From: the human T2T-CHM13v2.0 reference genome, Homo sapiens
Strand: one strand, 5' to 3'
DNA: 64,000 nt
NCBI RefSeq assembly: GCF_009914755.1
Contig: NC_060935.1
Part shown: piece after piece, positions 1 to 12,475 of the stretch
Position numbering within the stretch: position 1 is the stretch's first letter
Layout of the letters: each line of letters begins with the position of its first letter
Notes under the pieces: generated by a model
Told to the model about the DNA's origin: nothing
The model's input: the letters and a program-made list of their open reading frames with translations, nothing else
Databases searched by the model: none
Program-made: the position numbers and the translations under genes

Positions 1-465
1 TGGAGCTCTGGGGAGTGAAGCAGGATGAAAATATAATGTGGAATTCATCAGCATATAAATAATATTTAAAGACCATAGATTGGATGCAATTACCAAGGTA
101 AATGAGTTTAGATAAAGAAGAGAAGAGATCCAAGAACAAAGCTCTGGACATTCCACCATTATGAGGAAAGAGACATGAAAATAAAGCATCAAAGGGAAAT
201 GAGAAGGAGCAGCCAGTGAAGAAGAAAGAGAACAAGGAGAGTGTGATGTCCTGAAGACCAAGCGGGAAAGGTGTTTGAAGGAGGAAAGAGGGGCCAACTA
301 TATTAAAACGAAGTTGTTAGCAACTTAAGTTGAAGACTGAGAATTGGTGACTGGATTTAGCAACATGGCGGTCTTGATGATGGTCACAGCAGCAATTATG
401 GAGGAATGGTGGGGCAGAAGCCTGGGTGGAGAGGGATCAGGAGAGAATGGGAGGTGAGAGCTTAG
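1..465 (-). mobile_element. L2 LINE fragment
   Basis: Purine-rich L2 antisense motifs (tcatcagcatataaataatatttaaagaccatagattggatg; gactgagaattggtgactggatttagcaacatgg). Confidence 0.8.
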
Positions 466-564
466 ATGAGAACAAAAAACTTTGTTAAAAGTCTGTGCGA
501 TGGATTTTTTTTCTTACAAGAAAAGATGATTGGAACTAGGTTTACTCAGTTTTGAAAGGGAAGC

Positions 565-932
565 TGTGTTAGTCAGTTCTGGCTGCTATAAAAATGTACC
601 ATAGACAGGGTGGCTTAGAAACAACAGAAGTTTATTTCTCACAGTTCTAGAGACTGCAGGTCTGAGACCAGGGTGCCAGCATTGTTGGGTTCTGGTGAGG
701 GCCCTTTTCTGAGTTGCACACTACCAACTTCTTGTTGTATCCTCATGTGGAAGACAAAGAGAGAGAGAGTTAGCTCTCTGGCCTCTTCTTCTAGGGGCAC
801 TAATCCCACTCAAGAGGGATCCACCCTCATGACCTAATCACCTCTCAAAGGCCTTATCTCCAAATACCATCACATTGGGGTTAGAGTTTCAACATATGAA
901 TCTGGGGGGACAAAAACATTCAGTCTGCTGCA
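565..932 (-). mobile_element. MaLR solo LTR (MLT1A-like)
   Basis: TG...CA termini; MLT1A-type body (ggctgctataaaaatgtaccatagacagggtggctta...catgacctaatcacctctcaaagg); 5-bp TSD GAAGC/GAAGT at 560-564 and 933-937. Confidence 0.85.
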
Positions 933-1019
933 GAAGTTAGTATGACAACTAGACATACCATTCCTCAAGAGGAAATAGACAAATTCTAGAAGGAAAAAGT
1001 AAGAAATACCAGAATGGAT

Positions 1020-1180
1020 GGGAGTCAGAAGCTCAGCAATCCCAGATGCACTCTATCTAATTCATTGTATGATTTTATCAAGATTTGATCTCTCTAGACC
1101 TGTTCTTGCATCTGTAAAATGAACGTTTTGAACTAGAAAACTTCTGAAATCATTACATAATTTAAAATACTATGACATCC
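1020..1180 (+). mobile_element. MIR (MIR3-like) SINE
   Basis: ggagtcagaag...gcatctgtaaaatg core. Confidence 0.55.
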
Positions 1181-1499
1181 TCTAAGTATTTACAGATCTT
1201 TTACACAAAGCATTGCGAATGGTTTTTCCCCCCTCCCTCTGGCTGTTAATAGCTTTCTCCACAGGACCCTAACTCTATTCTTGACCCTTCCAAACCCGCA
1301 GATGACTTTGTCATCTTTTCTACCAAGAAGGGAGGTCATGACAGAGGAACATTCTTTAACTGCCTTTCCTTCAACTCGCAAATTCCTCATGCTTCAGGAG
1401 AAAAAGTTTCTCTTCCTTTCCATCTGTGCACTCATCCCATCACTTCCCATCCCTCTATACAGGTTAGAAATAGAGGGGGAGTGAATGAACTTGCTTTTA

Positions 1500-1640
1500 G
1501 TCCTTGGTAGGGAGGGGTTATTATACCCATTCTTCAGACAGCAAAACTGAGGCTCAGAGAGTATAAAATAATGCTGAGATTTACACCAGTGAAAAGGGAG
1601 GGTGTGGGGCTGTGACCCAGGTCTGCCTGACTCCTCAGCT
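1500..1640 (-). mobile_element. MIR SINE
   Basis: cccattcttcagacagcaaaactgaggctcagaga core. Confidence 0.7.
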
Positions 1641-2025
1641 CTTCTGTCTCACCACAGTCTCCATTGAATGGAATGCATCCATAAATGAATGGCTCATTCT
1701 TCATTTTTTTCTGTGCTTTTTTTTTCCCAAAGACTTATCGTCTGTGTGCTGGTGTTATTGTTTATGTTGACCTGGCTGCAGGGGCCTCTTGGCAATATGC
1801 CCACCTGAAAGTCTGTTTACCTGCTAACTATTGTAATTTTTTAAAACTCTTGGCTTATATAGGGCTCTTTTCAATCATGGACTCGGACCTTTTAAATCCT
1901 AATGCCACCTATGCAAAAGAATTCACTAGTATGTTACCTGTTAAGTGCAGTTCAAAAATATGCAAAGCTAAATATGTTCAGGGGCACGTCTGCAGTAAAA
2001 CTGTAAAGAAAAGGAAGAATGAGTC

Positions 2026-2455
2026 TGTAAGTTAGCAATTGCCACAAACATATTGTATAAGGAATTGCTTAAAACCTAGTGTCTTAAAGCCACAGTCATG
2101 TATTCTCATGGAGTTGGGGCCTGGCCAGGGGTTGGCTGATCTAGGCTGGCTTGGCTGGGGCAACTCAGCCCCACTCCACTTGTCTTTCATCCTCTTCCTT
2201 GAGTAGCATACTAGTCCAGCCATGTTCTTTTTGTGGTGATGGCAAAGGTGCAAAAAAGCAAATGGAATCATGGAAAGATTATTGAGGCCTGGGCTCAGAA
2301 CAGACGTATCATTTCTACTTCCTTCTATTGGCCAAACCCAAAGATATGGGGAGATGTGCCTTCTCCACAGTGGGAGGTCTCTGTAGAGTTACATAGGAAA
2401 AGGTGTGGATACAGTAAAGGGTGAAGAATTGGGGCTGGCAATATAATCTACCACA
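2026..2455 (-). mobile_element. Old MaLR LTR (MLT1G/H-like)
   Basis: cttccttctattggccaaa...gggtgaagaattgggg...aatctaccaca terminus. Confidence 0.7.
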
Positions 2456-2479
2456 ATAACAAAACACAAAATTCAGGAT

Positions 2480-2690
2480 AGTGTTTACTGGTGGGCCGGG
2501 GGACAGGAGGTTTGGAATCAGGGAAAAATGCCCAAAGGGCTGCAATGAATCTGTTAATGTTGTGGTTCTGAAGCCAGGTTGTAAGTACATGGCTGTTTAT
2601 TTTCTTGTTCTTTATAGCTTATATAATCTGTGTATGAAATATTGTTTAGAATTTTTAAAAAGTTACTGGAATCAGATAAATGAATAGTAG
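2480..2690 (+). mobile_element. Old L1 (L1ME-like) 3' end
   Basis: gttaatgttgtggttctgaagccaggttgtaagtacatggctgtttatttt resembles the L1M 3' UTR. Confidence 0.5.
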
Positions 2691-4568
2691 AAGTTGCAAC
2701 TTTTTGACAGTCTCGCATTCTATATTATTTCAGCTTCATTGTTTAAATGTGTGTTTCTCTTTACTAATTTCCAATTTTCTAATTTTGTTGACTCTCACTT
2801 GCCAATACAAATAGTGGTTTGGTTGTCTGACATCTGGACATTAATATCATCTACATGCATATTTATAATCTTAGTATGCTGCTCACACTTTAAAAAAACC
2901 CAGACTTTACATTTTAACCGAGTTCATTTTCTTTAGTTGCTCTCAAAGTAAACTCATCTAAAACCATAAATTGTTGTCCTGGCAGTTATTAGTCTGGATT
3001 GATTAGGTTTGATCTGTGGGTTAATTTCACATGTAATCATATTATTGTTAGTCACACCTAGTGGCTCTATTAATTCAGATGTATTTGCACTTCCTTACCT
3101 ATTAATTACAACCACCTCTGAAGACTGATTGGTTCTCAGCTACCAACAAAAAGCAATCCCCATATATCAGAGAACAAATTACTGCCTCCGAAACTAGGAG
3201 AACTTGGTTGGCTTGGAGGCTCTGTAGGAATATTATTGATGACATCTTTATTTTCTTCCTTCCTTGAAGATGAATGGTGTACCTGCTAAATGAACCAGCA
3301 ATGTCAAGGCCAGGTCTACAGTCTGGCAGAATTTGTTTGGCCTATGATCTGGGAATGAAGCAATGGAAGAAGCACACATAGAACATCAATGCAAATTTTA
3401 TTTATAAAGATTCAAAAACATGTATTTTGTTGAGGTCCACTTCATAAAACTTACTAATCTTTCTCTTTTTATTTGAAGACTATTCACTGCATAGATACAT
3501 TTGGGCATAGATTAAATAGAAAATTGAAGCTAGTTCTGTACTTAATCAGCAAAACACAGTAAGCATACTCCAAGCTTGAATTGCCTGCTGTCCAAGTCTT
3601 ATCCAAAGCCCTGCTGAGAGAAGCACTATTCAGGGAGCATTATTTGAGGGACATGTGGTTCTATCTGTTCCTCCATAAAACCTGTTCAAAATTTCTGCAT
3701 TCAGTGGAACCCTCAGAACCTATGTGGCCCCTCGAAGCACTGTTTTCAGTGAGGTCCAATTTTGTGCATTAAGGTGCCAGCTTGACTTATAGACGAAAAC
3801 TGCACTAAGCTTACTGTAGGTCTTTTATAAGGGACATTACAATCTACATTTCTTAGTAGGTGAAACCCCGCATAACAAAATTCTGTTTATTCTAGGTTCA
3901 GAGAAAAGCTCATCATCCCTTGAGCAACTCAGCATCTCCTCACAGAAAATCGAATCATATAACGGGTTGTGTTTCCGTTTTCATTCTGGCTACTAGGGAG
4001 CTAAACGTTAGTTTTGAAGCTCAACTCCGGTAACTGTTTACACTGTCACCATTGGCACACCTGCATTCTAACGCTCTTCTTTAACTCTAGTATTTATTTT
4101 AATTTATACTTTTGTTTGATTTTAGTTTTTGCTGATGGTTTTTAGACTTTGTTTTAGTTTTTGCTAATGCTGGATTTTATTGCATGTCTAACATTGAAGA
4201 ACACATATGGGATGTGAATTAAATAATAAACATCAAGAGTTACCGTGAAGACATTAACCATAAAAATGTGTGGGTATGGCCGGACAGAGGTATGGATAGG
4301 GAGTTAGGCCGGGCAGCCAGCAGCCTGATATATGTACATGAGTGTCACAATCTTCACTATCACCCAAAGGCAGAGTCACTACCTTCTTAACAGGTAGCAC
4401 AGTGCTCTTCCCTGTCCTCAAAGCCCGAGGCTCCTATTTCCTCTAGCCTGAGGCTGTTGCCCTTCCTACCCCCCATAACTCCAGAAAATCCCTGGGGACA
4501 AATTGAAGCCACAGCATCTAGCTGTTTTCTGTGCTGCCCTCAGGCCACTTCCACTAAATCTCTCCCTC

Positions 4569-4884
4569 TTTTTTTTTTTTTTTTTTTTTTTTGTGAGATG
4601 GAGTCTCATTCTATTGCCCAAGCTGGAGTGCAGTGGCATGATCTCTGCTCACTGCAGCCTCTGTCTCCTGGGTTCTAGCGATTCTCCTGCCTCAGTCTCC
4701 TGAGTAGCTAGGATTACAGGTACCTGCCACCACACCCAGCTAATTTTTGGAGTTTTAGTAGAGATGGGGTTTCACCATGTTGGCCAGGATGCTCTTGAAC
4801 TCCTGACGTCAAGTGACCTGCCTGCCTTGGCCTCCCAAAGTGCTGGGATTATGCCTCCCAGGTGTTGAGCCACCAGGCACAGCC
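4569..4884 (-). mobile_element. Alu (AluS-like)
   Basis: Full antisense Alu with T-tail; TSD cactaaatctctc (4552-4564) / cactaagtctctc (4885-4897). Confidence 0.95.
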
Positions 4885-5429
4885 CACTAAGTCTCTCTTT
4901 TGACCTGCACAGAGTCCTTCCTCTCCATGTCCACCAGCTGGAGGTGGATCCAGGAGGGTCTTCTCTGCATGGCTGCAGGTACCCTTGGAAGTTCCGGAAG
5001 ATGTGAAGAGTAAAGTACAGTGGAACAGCCACTGCAATACACTCTGATATGTTTCATCCAATGGGGGTGGCATTTACTGAGACACAGGGCTGGGCACTGT
5101 GGGGTGATGCATAGAAGAGACAAGGCTCAGCCTCCAGGTGCTACTACCCTGCTAGCAGCACAGCCATGCAACCAACTGTGGGACCAAGAGTGTTGTCTGT
5201 TCTCAACTTATAATATGTTTAATGTTTTTTTTTTTAGCACTGGGTACTCTTCGTCCGACAAGATGTAGCAGATTCACTTTAGGAGATAAGAGCAGAGCTG
5301 TCCTGGTTGGGTGGACTAGGCTTTCAGGCTTGCCCAGCTAAATGTCTCTGTGCTTCCAGCTCCTCCACTTCTGGGTAAATAGAACCCTGAGGTCCCTCAG
5401 AGAACAGCCTGAAAACCATTAATATGGCA

Positions 5430-5620
5430 ATGTATAGCAGTTAACTACCTGGGTTTGAATCCTAGCTTTGTTACTCACTAGCTCTTGATCCTGACAAAGT
5501 TACTTAACTTCTTGGACTCTCAGTTTCTTCATCTGCAAAATTGGGACAGAAATTATGCCTGTTTCATTGGGGTTGTGAGGTTTAAATGAGCTCATGCATA
5601 TAAAGTACTCAACATTAATT
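5430..5620 (+). mobile_element. MIR SINE
   Basis: cctgggtttgaatcctagct...cagtttcttcatctgcaaaattggga. Confidence 0.8.
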
Positions 5621-6566
5621 TAGTGTTACTACTTAGTCAATAAGTAATGAGGACTCATAAGCTATAGCTATTAGTCTTATTAAGGACTTATTGCTATTAG
5701 TCTTGTCACTGAACTGAAAGAGTTACTGGATTCAGTAAATGAGGGAGCTCGAGCTCTGTCAATCTGAGACCTCTCAAAGAGGAGATAATTTTTCCAGTCA
5801 GGGAGATGGTGTAAAAGCAGCCACATGATCAAGCTGCAAGTCAAGTATCAACAAATTTAAGATACTTTTTTCTTTAATCACAAAAATATCACATTCGGAT
5901 TTTTCAAAAAGCAATGAAAACTCTTCCACGATAAAATTTTGGCAGGGTGATCTTCAGCAGGCCATTTGACCCCCTGAGCCAGTTCCCTTTTCTGAAGAAC
6001 AGAGGCAAAGAACCTCTGTTCTCAGAGTTTTGGGGAGGCTCAAATGAGGCTTGAGAGTGCCAAGCATCCTCCGAGCTGTTTGTCATCGAGCCCCAAGGAG
6101 CCCTTGGCACCTAGTAGGCGTCAGTAAATATTTGTTGCATCTGAACTCTTTCCATCTGGGAAGCCCTCCAATGGCCTGGAATCTCCAGCTCTCCCGCTAA
6201 GCAGGTCAGAAAAGCAACTTAAAGGATCCATTTTAGTGTCCATTTTCTCACTTTTCCCCCTGAAAAACCACTTACAAAGCTGCCAGCTTCCTCATTTGGC
6301 TTTTTCTGGCCTGGTTTCATCTTATTAACGGTCACTTCATTCATCAGCATAAGGAAGACTCCACTCTGTCAACAGGAGGGCAGGGCTTGGCCTCCAGTCA
6401 CAGGGCAATGGCGGGGGTGGAGGAGCCTGGAAACAGCCATAGCGTAGGCTTAATGAATAAAAAGTTGCGGTTGAGAAGGCCCAGGATTCCCAAACAGCCT
6501 TCCCTCCACCCCCAAACAGCTGATCATTGGATAGTGAGGAAGCAGGTGCTCCTTCAGAAAACTCTG

Positions 6567-6910
6567 TTCATTCATTCATTCATTCATTCATTCATTCATT
6601 TAACTACTCATTCATTCACAACTATTTCTCGAGTGCTTATTATGCACGGGGAATAGAATGCTGGACAGAAAAGCACACCCACTCCCTGCCCTCATGGAAC
6701 TTACAGTTTGAGGGGAGGATCACTCACATTAATCAAATGATCCTCGCCATCTTTGGGGCTATGGTGCATTCCAGGGAGGCTTCCTGAGGAGATGACCCTG
6801 ATCTAAGATCTAAAGGAGACCTTGGAGGAAACGGGCTGTGGGGATTGGGGAGATGGTTCAAAGAACATCATATGCAAAGGCCCTACAGAAGGAAGAACGT
6901 TTTTGGGACA
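6567..6910 (-). mobile_element. L2 3' end with (TTCA)n tail
   Basis: About 8 TTCA units at 6567-6599, then L2 motifs ccctgccctcatggaacttacagt and gggaggcttcctgaggag. Confidence 0.8.
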
Positions 6911-6989
6911 CAGACAAGCAAGATCGAGAAAGTTCACTTGCTTTTGATGGGACCCTCAGGCTGGAGACACGCTGGTCACCAAGTAGCGC

Positions 6990-7135
6990 CAGGTGCTCAG
7001 GCAGAAGTCAGCCGACTCTGGGTTCGAGTCCCAGCCCCACTGCTGGTCAGCTCCTTCTTATACCTCAGTTTTCCAGCTGTAAAATGGGACTAAGGCCATT
7101 CTTGTAGGCCAATGGTGAGGATGGGAAATACGCAC
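6990..7135 (+). mobile_element. MIR SINE abutting the CpG island
   Basis: ctgggttcgagtcccagc...cctcagttttccagctgtaaaatggg. Confidence 0.7.
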
Positions 7136-7610
7136 GTCATTACCCGATGGGACGGTGCCAGCTCCCCTCGTCCACCGACGTGGGCCCGAGCTAGGGTTCT
7201 GAGCCGGATCCGGGGGGAACCGCGCGTCTAGGGCTGGAAACCCGCCGCCACAGCGGGCTAGAGGTCGTCCCCGCCCGCAACATATGCGCGAAGGAAAGTG
7301 CTACGAACGTCAAATGGCCGCCCCCCGCCGACGCCATCTGCTCTGCGAAGCAGAAACGGCGGCAGCTGCGCGCCCAGTCCCTCCGCCCGCGCCCCGCGCG
7401 CCGAGTCCGGATCCGCCGCCCGGCGGCACCGCGGACAGCGCCAGCCCCGGGGTGGCGGGCGCGGGGCTGGGGGCGCTGGGAAGAGGGGTCCGCTGTAAGG
7501 CCCTCCCGCCGCCTCGGGGCCAGTCTGGGTCTAGCCACTTCACCTGTGTGCTTGAAATGTCAGTTCTTTACCAGCCAGGCTGCCGTTTGTTTGGCTCCGC
7601 CCTCCGGGGG
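7130..7610. promoter_or_regulatory. CpG island (promoter or enhancer-like, no adjacent CDS)
   Basis: Abrupt very GC-rich, CpG-dense stretch in otherwise CpG-depleted DNA; GC boxes (ccgccc, cgccccccgc) and tgcgcgc. Confidence 0.9.
7331..7345 (-). promoter_or_regulatory. CTCF-like motif overlapping a YY1 core (CGCCATCT)
   Basis: Reverse complement AGAGCAGATGGCGT versus CTCF core CCASYAGRKGGCRS; the first two positions and the last mismatch. Confidence 0.45.
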
Positions 7611-7629
7611 CATACCAAAGCACGGATAA

Positions 7630-7850
7630 CTGGTCCCTGAGACAGATAAACCTGGGTTCTAATAACAGCTCAAAAACCAACCAGCTGTGTGGTATTAGGG
7701 AAGTCGCTTGACTTCTCTGGACCTCTGTTTTGTCTTCTGTAAGATGGGTATAATAAGCGCTGTGCCCTAGGGTTGCTAGGAGGATTAAATAGAAAGTTCT
7801 ATGTGAAGTGTTTAACACAATGCCTGGCACATAATAAAACATAACTGCTA
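7630..7850 (+). mobile_element. MIR SINE
   Basis: cctgggttcta...cagctgtgtg...aacacaatgcctggcacata. Confidence 0.8.
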
Positions 7851-8379
7851 GCTAATTATTTTATTCAAAGCTTACTTTTCTAGGGCTTTATGGTTACTCG
7901 CTGGGTTTCTGTGGCCCCTTAAAATTTCAGCTTGCTCCCCTTCCCCACTCTCCTGCATTCTTCTTCAAACGTGGATGAACAGGCCCAAAGATGCTGCAGC
8001 TTTTTGGAACATTTCACCACAACATTGGGAAATCCCTGGATTCCCCACACTCTCCTGGTCCTGAAAGAGACTCAGTTTGCAAATGTCTTTTGATGTTGTC
8101 CAGAACCATCCGTTATAACAAAGGCCATTTTCAAAATGGTAAAAGTTCACGAAGGGACTGGCTAGAAGAGTGGCTGGTGGGAAGGCAGGGTGGTAACAGA
8201 AAGTAGACTGAGAACAGGGAAACAAGAAAATAAAGAGGCCGGAGGTAGGGAGGTGGCTGCATTCATTACATTAAAAGTGGATCATTCCAGGATTTCATCT
8301 CAAGCAAAGATAATCAGAAGGCATGGGCTTTCGTTAACATTTTACCACTTAGCATTTTGGCTATGCTACTTTAGGCAGT

Positions 8380-8570
8380 TGACTTCACAAATGTTCACTG
8401 AGTGGCTGCTATGTGTCAGGCGCTGTGCTAGGCTCTGGGACTAAAAAAGTGACCAAACCTAGACTGTGCCTTCAGGAGTTGATGGCCCAGTGGGAATCAG
8501 ACAAGCATGGGTGGAATGGTAGGGGGTGCCTCAGGGCCCCAAAGAGAGGCCTATCAACATTCTAGGGGTT
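8380..8570 (-). mobile_element. L2 fragment
   Basis: caaatgttcactgagtggctgctatgtgtcaggcgctgtgctagg. Confidence 0.7.
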
Positions 8571-9024
8571 TAGTGGGAGTCACCAAGCTTTACCACACCT
8601 CATTTTCCCATCTGAGGCTCCGGGCTCACAATCCCCACCTGCAAGGCTTATGATAAGTAGCAGCTGAGCCTTTCTTTACTCCTGGAACCTGACCACCTAC
8701 CCTGCGCCCCACCCCAAAAGCTCAGCACTCTGCTCTCCTTCAGTAGCCAAGCAGCTGCCACAACCTTGAAGACTAAAAAGAGGAAAACAGGAGAAAACGT
8801 TATATACAGGAAATCATTGCACAGCACAAGAGATGTGTATTACAAACCCCGACGTCGAAGGTCACCTGCCATACTCCATGGTGCTTAGGGTGCTAAACAA
8901 TATGAATGGAAGATGATGATGGGGGTGAAGAGAAAGTGAAGGGGAAGTGGAGGGGCAAGAGTGGAAGAGGAAGATTTGTCTTTTATGGAAGAGCTGCGTC
9001 ATGTTTATTATTTTAACAAATGTG

Positions 9025-9250
9025 TGATTCAACAAATATGTACTAAGCATATATTCTTTGCAAGAAAGTGAACAGATCAAAGTCCCTACTCTCAGGAACT
9101 TATAGTTTCCTAGTGGGGCTTCAGAGTGCAATCAAGTAACCAAAACATATGAAGTGGTTGGTGATGAGTGCTCTGAAGGTGATAAAATAATAATAAAGGG
9201 TTAGGAGCAACAGTGACTGCTGATTTATGTGGCATCTGAGCATGTGAATC
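9025..9250 (-). mobile_element. L2 fragment
   Basis: attcaacaaatatgtactaagc...gtccctactctcaggaacttatagt. Confidence 0.65.
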
Positions 9251-10009
9251 CTAATATTCGATAATTTTTTGTCTGAACCTAGCCATCCTTTTGGCAGGGG
9301 GGAAGCAAATTATTCATGTCTAACTCTAAGTAAATATGTTCAATTCACCTTAAATTTTCTAAAACAGTCTTCTATTAGAACATATAGGCAAAATGAGCCC
9401 TTAAAAAACACCCTTAAACCTGTTCAGATTCAACTAATACAACATGTCAATATAGATGCTTCTAGAGTCTTTTCTATGCATATACTATATATATTTATAT
9501 ATAATTTAAAAGGGATCATTACATACTGTGTTATAATAATATTCCATGATAAACTTTCCTTACTGGCAGACATATTTTGGCAATATTATCTTAAATAACT
9601 CTATATTATTCATTGTATCTGTGCATCACAATTTAATTAACTGATCCCCTATGATGGAGCATTATTTTAAATAATGCCACAATGAATCTCTAAATATTTG
9701 CCCACATCCCTAGTTAATTTCACACTCACAGAGTCCTAAGTGTCTTCCTGGAGACTTTGGGACACTCTCAGGCAACAGAGGAGCAGAGAAGCATGATGGT
9801 GTTTTTGAGGGGAAGAGGTATCACCTTTTGGGGCCATCTCCCTGCAAAATAGGTAGCCCAATTCCTTAAATTTTGGGGCTGCTTTTGGCTTAAGTCTAGC
9901 ACCCAAGACTATTTTGCACTAGACAAGGTCAACTTTTTTTTTTTAATTGTCAATTGGCTCATTGTCTTTATTAAATTACTTATATAATACAACTTAAGGG
10001 ACCCAGAAG

Positions 10010-10420
10010 TGTGCTGCAAGCCTCTTGGGGCCACCACTTTTAGTGTGTGTGATCTGGAGCAGTTGTCCAAGGTCTCTGAGGCTTGTTGTTCTCATTCATG
10101 AACTGGGGATGATAATAATATCCCTGTCTTACAAAGAGTTATTGCAAGGAGGAAATGAGATGATGTGCATGAATGTGCCTATGCTAAAGCAGGAGGCTGC
10201 TTTATTCACAATAGCTGATGTATGCCAGGACCTTTGCTAAACACTTTGCATATTTAATCCTCAAGAGAGCTCGGTGGGGTAGGTATTATCACATCCATTT
10301 TATAGATTTAGAAACCAAGGCTAGAGAGGGTAAATAACCTGCTGAGGAAATCGAACTGATATTTGCCATCAAATCTATCTGAATTCAAAGCCTGTGCCTC
10401 AAACACTACTCCATCCTGCC
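10010..10420. mobile_element. Two MIRs tail-to-tail (+ ~10010-10190; - ~10205-10420)
   Basis: gtgtgatctggagcagt...ggggatgataata, then tccattttatagatttagaaaccaaggctagagaggg. Confidence 0.7.
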
Positions 10421-11619
10421 TCCCCAGCTACACTTTAATTGGGTTACCAATGCAATCCAAATGTTCCATTAGCACTTTAGTATCCAAATCCCCATTACCG
10501 TAAGCCTCCACCAACTCATGTTATAAGTCCCGACCCCTGAGGCATTCGCCTCCCCTACTATTTCTGGATCTCTTACCAAGGACTGAAATGACTTTACCCA
10601 AATTAGTGCATGCTGCTATGTCTAGTCAAGTTGGTCTTCTAGAACCACCGTCCACAACAGGCCCATGGTGAGCTGGAATGTCCCACTGCCACTCAATTGT
10701 TGTAGCAGGTCTCTGGCAGTGTCTCGATGCCAAGGGGCAAGGATCCTGCTCTTGCTACTCCCATGTTGTAGATTACTCCCCAGTTACCCCTATTTGCAAA
10801 ATGAGTAAGATTACCCTTGGTTTGCGTTATGTTCAGTTGAGGAAGGCAGAGATACTGCAGGAGGTAGAAGCATAAAGCAAGGGCTCAGTAAGTTTTCTAC
10901 TTTTTTGAAGCTCTTTTTACTTTTTTCCTCCTGACTCAACTTTTGCCCCTCCCACTGTACCCTAAGCAGCCACCACATTTGTGTAGGTCATGCTGGAACC
11001 ATGTTTCTACCAGCAGCTGGTAGGTAAACCTCCAATGTAAGCTGAAACTCTGTTGAAGTTTGACCTGGCCAATAATGTTTTCAGGAGATGGCTGGAGATG
11101 GTGTGGCTAAGTTAGAATGGGAATCCCACCGTGGGGGCTCCCAAGCATCCCAGAGTTGAGGGAGACCCTTTAAACAGTACACTTGTCATGGATCTTTCTC
11201 TTAGGGAACAGACATTCTGCCAAGATGGCTAAGTCAGAATGAGTTCTGATGTCAGCAGTTACCCTGAAAGCATCAGTCCCTCTGATCTTTAAGCTACTTG
11301 CTAAATATGACTCCATCATGAAAGATTTAGCCAATCAACAGGTCCATCGAATGCCTACTCTGTGTCAGGTGCTATTCCACTATTCTAGGAACTAAGATAC
11401 AGTGGCAAAGAACATAGACACAGTTTCTCACTCAAGAAACCTAGAGACACCAGCTTTCCTTATGAAGGATTCTCCCTCTGTGCCTCTAATGTCTTTTCTG
11501 GCAACTTGGCTTCCATTAGAGCCCCTATAAATCTATCAGATATATATCTGTGTATCTCATAATCCCAGCTGTGGACCAAATTCCAGTTCTTTTTCTCTGA
11601 AGGAACTTGGCTCTCACTA

Positions 11620-11920
11620 TACTTAAGGCCAGGGACTCTGGAGTCATACTGTCTGTGTTCAATCCTGACCATGCTCCTCACTTATTACTGACCTTGGACA
11701 AGCTACTTAACCTTCCGTGCCTTGGTTTCCTCATTTGCAAAAGGGGGTAATAATAATAGTTAACACTATCAAGTGTCTACCATATATGCCAGGCACTGTT
11801 CCAAGTGCTTTAGATGTATTAACTCAAGATTCTCACAACAACCCTATACAGTAGGCCCTATTAATACTCCATTTTACAGACAGGAAACTGAAAGACAGAA
11901 ATGTCAAGCAATTGACAACC
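11620..11920. mobile_element. Two MIRs tail-to-tail (+ ~11620-11760; - ~11755-11920)
   Basis: gaccttggacaagctacttaacc...ctcatttgcaaaagggg, then ccattttacagacaggaaactga. Confidence 0.75.
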
Positions 11921-12177
11921 ATGGAATAAATCTTATAAGATCTTTTAAGGATTTAAACAAAGGACACAGCAAGTGGCCAATGAATTGCTATTGCTATCAT
12001 TATGAATGACAATTTTAAGTGAAAAAAGTAGGATACTAAGTACTAGACAGAGGCAAATTTTAACTGTGAAGAAAAGCACATAGAAAAATCTAGAAGGAAA
12101 TATATTAAAATACTAACAGTGGTTGCCTGAGGAATAGTTAGATGAGTATAGGTGACGTTTTTCATACTTCTCAGGAC

Positions 12178-12475
12178 TTTTTTGTTTTGTTTTTTCAAGA
12201 CAGGGCCTCGCTCTGTCACCTAGGCTGGAGTACAGTGGCACAATCATGGCTCACTGCAACCTTGACCTCCCAGGCTCAAGTAATCCTCCCACCTCAGCCT
12301 CCCAAATAGACTACAGGCGTGCACCACCATGCCAAGCTAAATTTTGTATTTTTTTTGTAGAAACGGGGTTTTGCCATGTTGCTCAGGCTGGTCTTGAACT
12401 CCTGGGCTCAAGCAATTCACCCACCTCAGCCCCACAAAGTGTTGGGATCACAGGCGTGAGCCACTTCACCTGGCC
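12178..12475 (-). mobile_element. Alu (AluJ-like) within an old L1M 3' end
   Basis: gacagggcctcgctctgtcacc...ctcctgggctcaagcaattc (J diagnostics). Confidence 0.92.

Noticed and set aside
7191-7640. Overlapping Arg/Pro/Ala/Gly-rich ORFs
   Set aside because: Expected from stop-codon scarcity in a CpG island; no known protein similarity recognised
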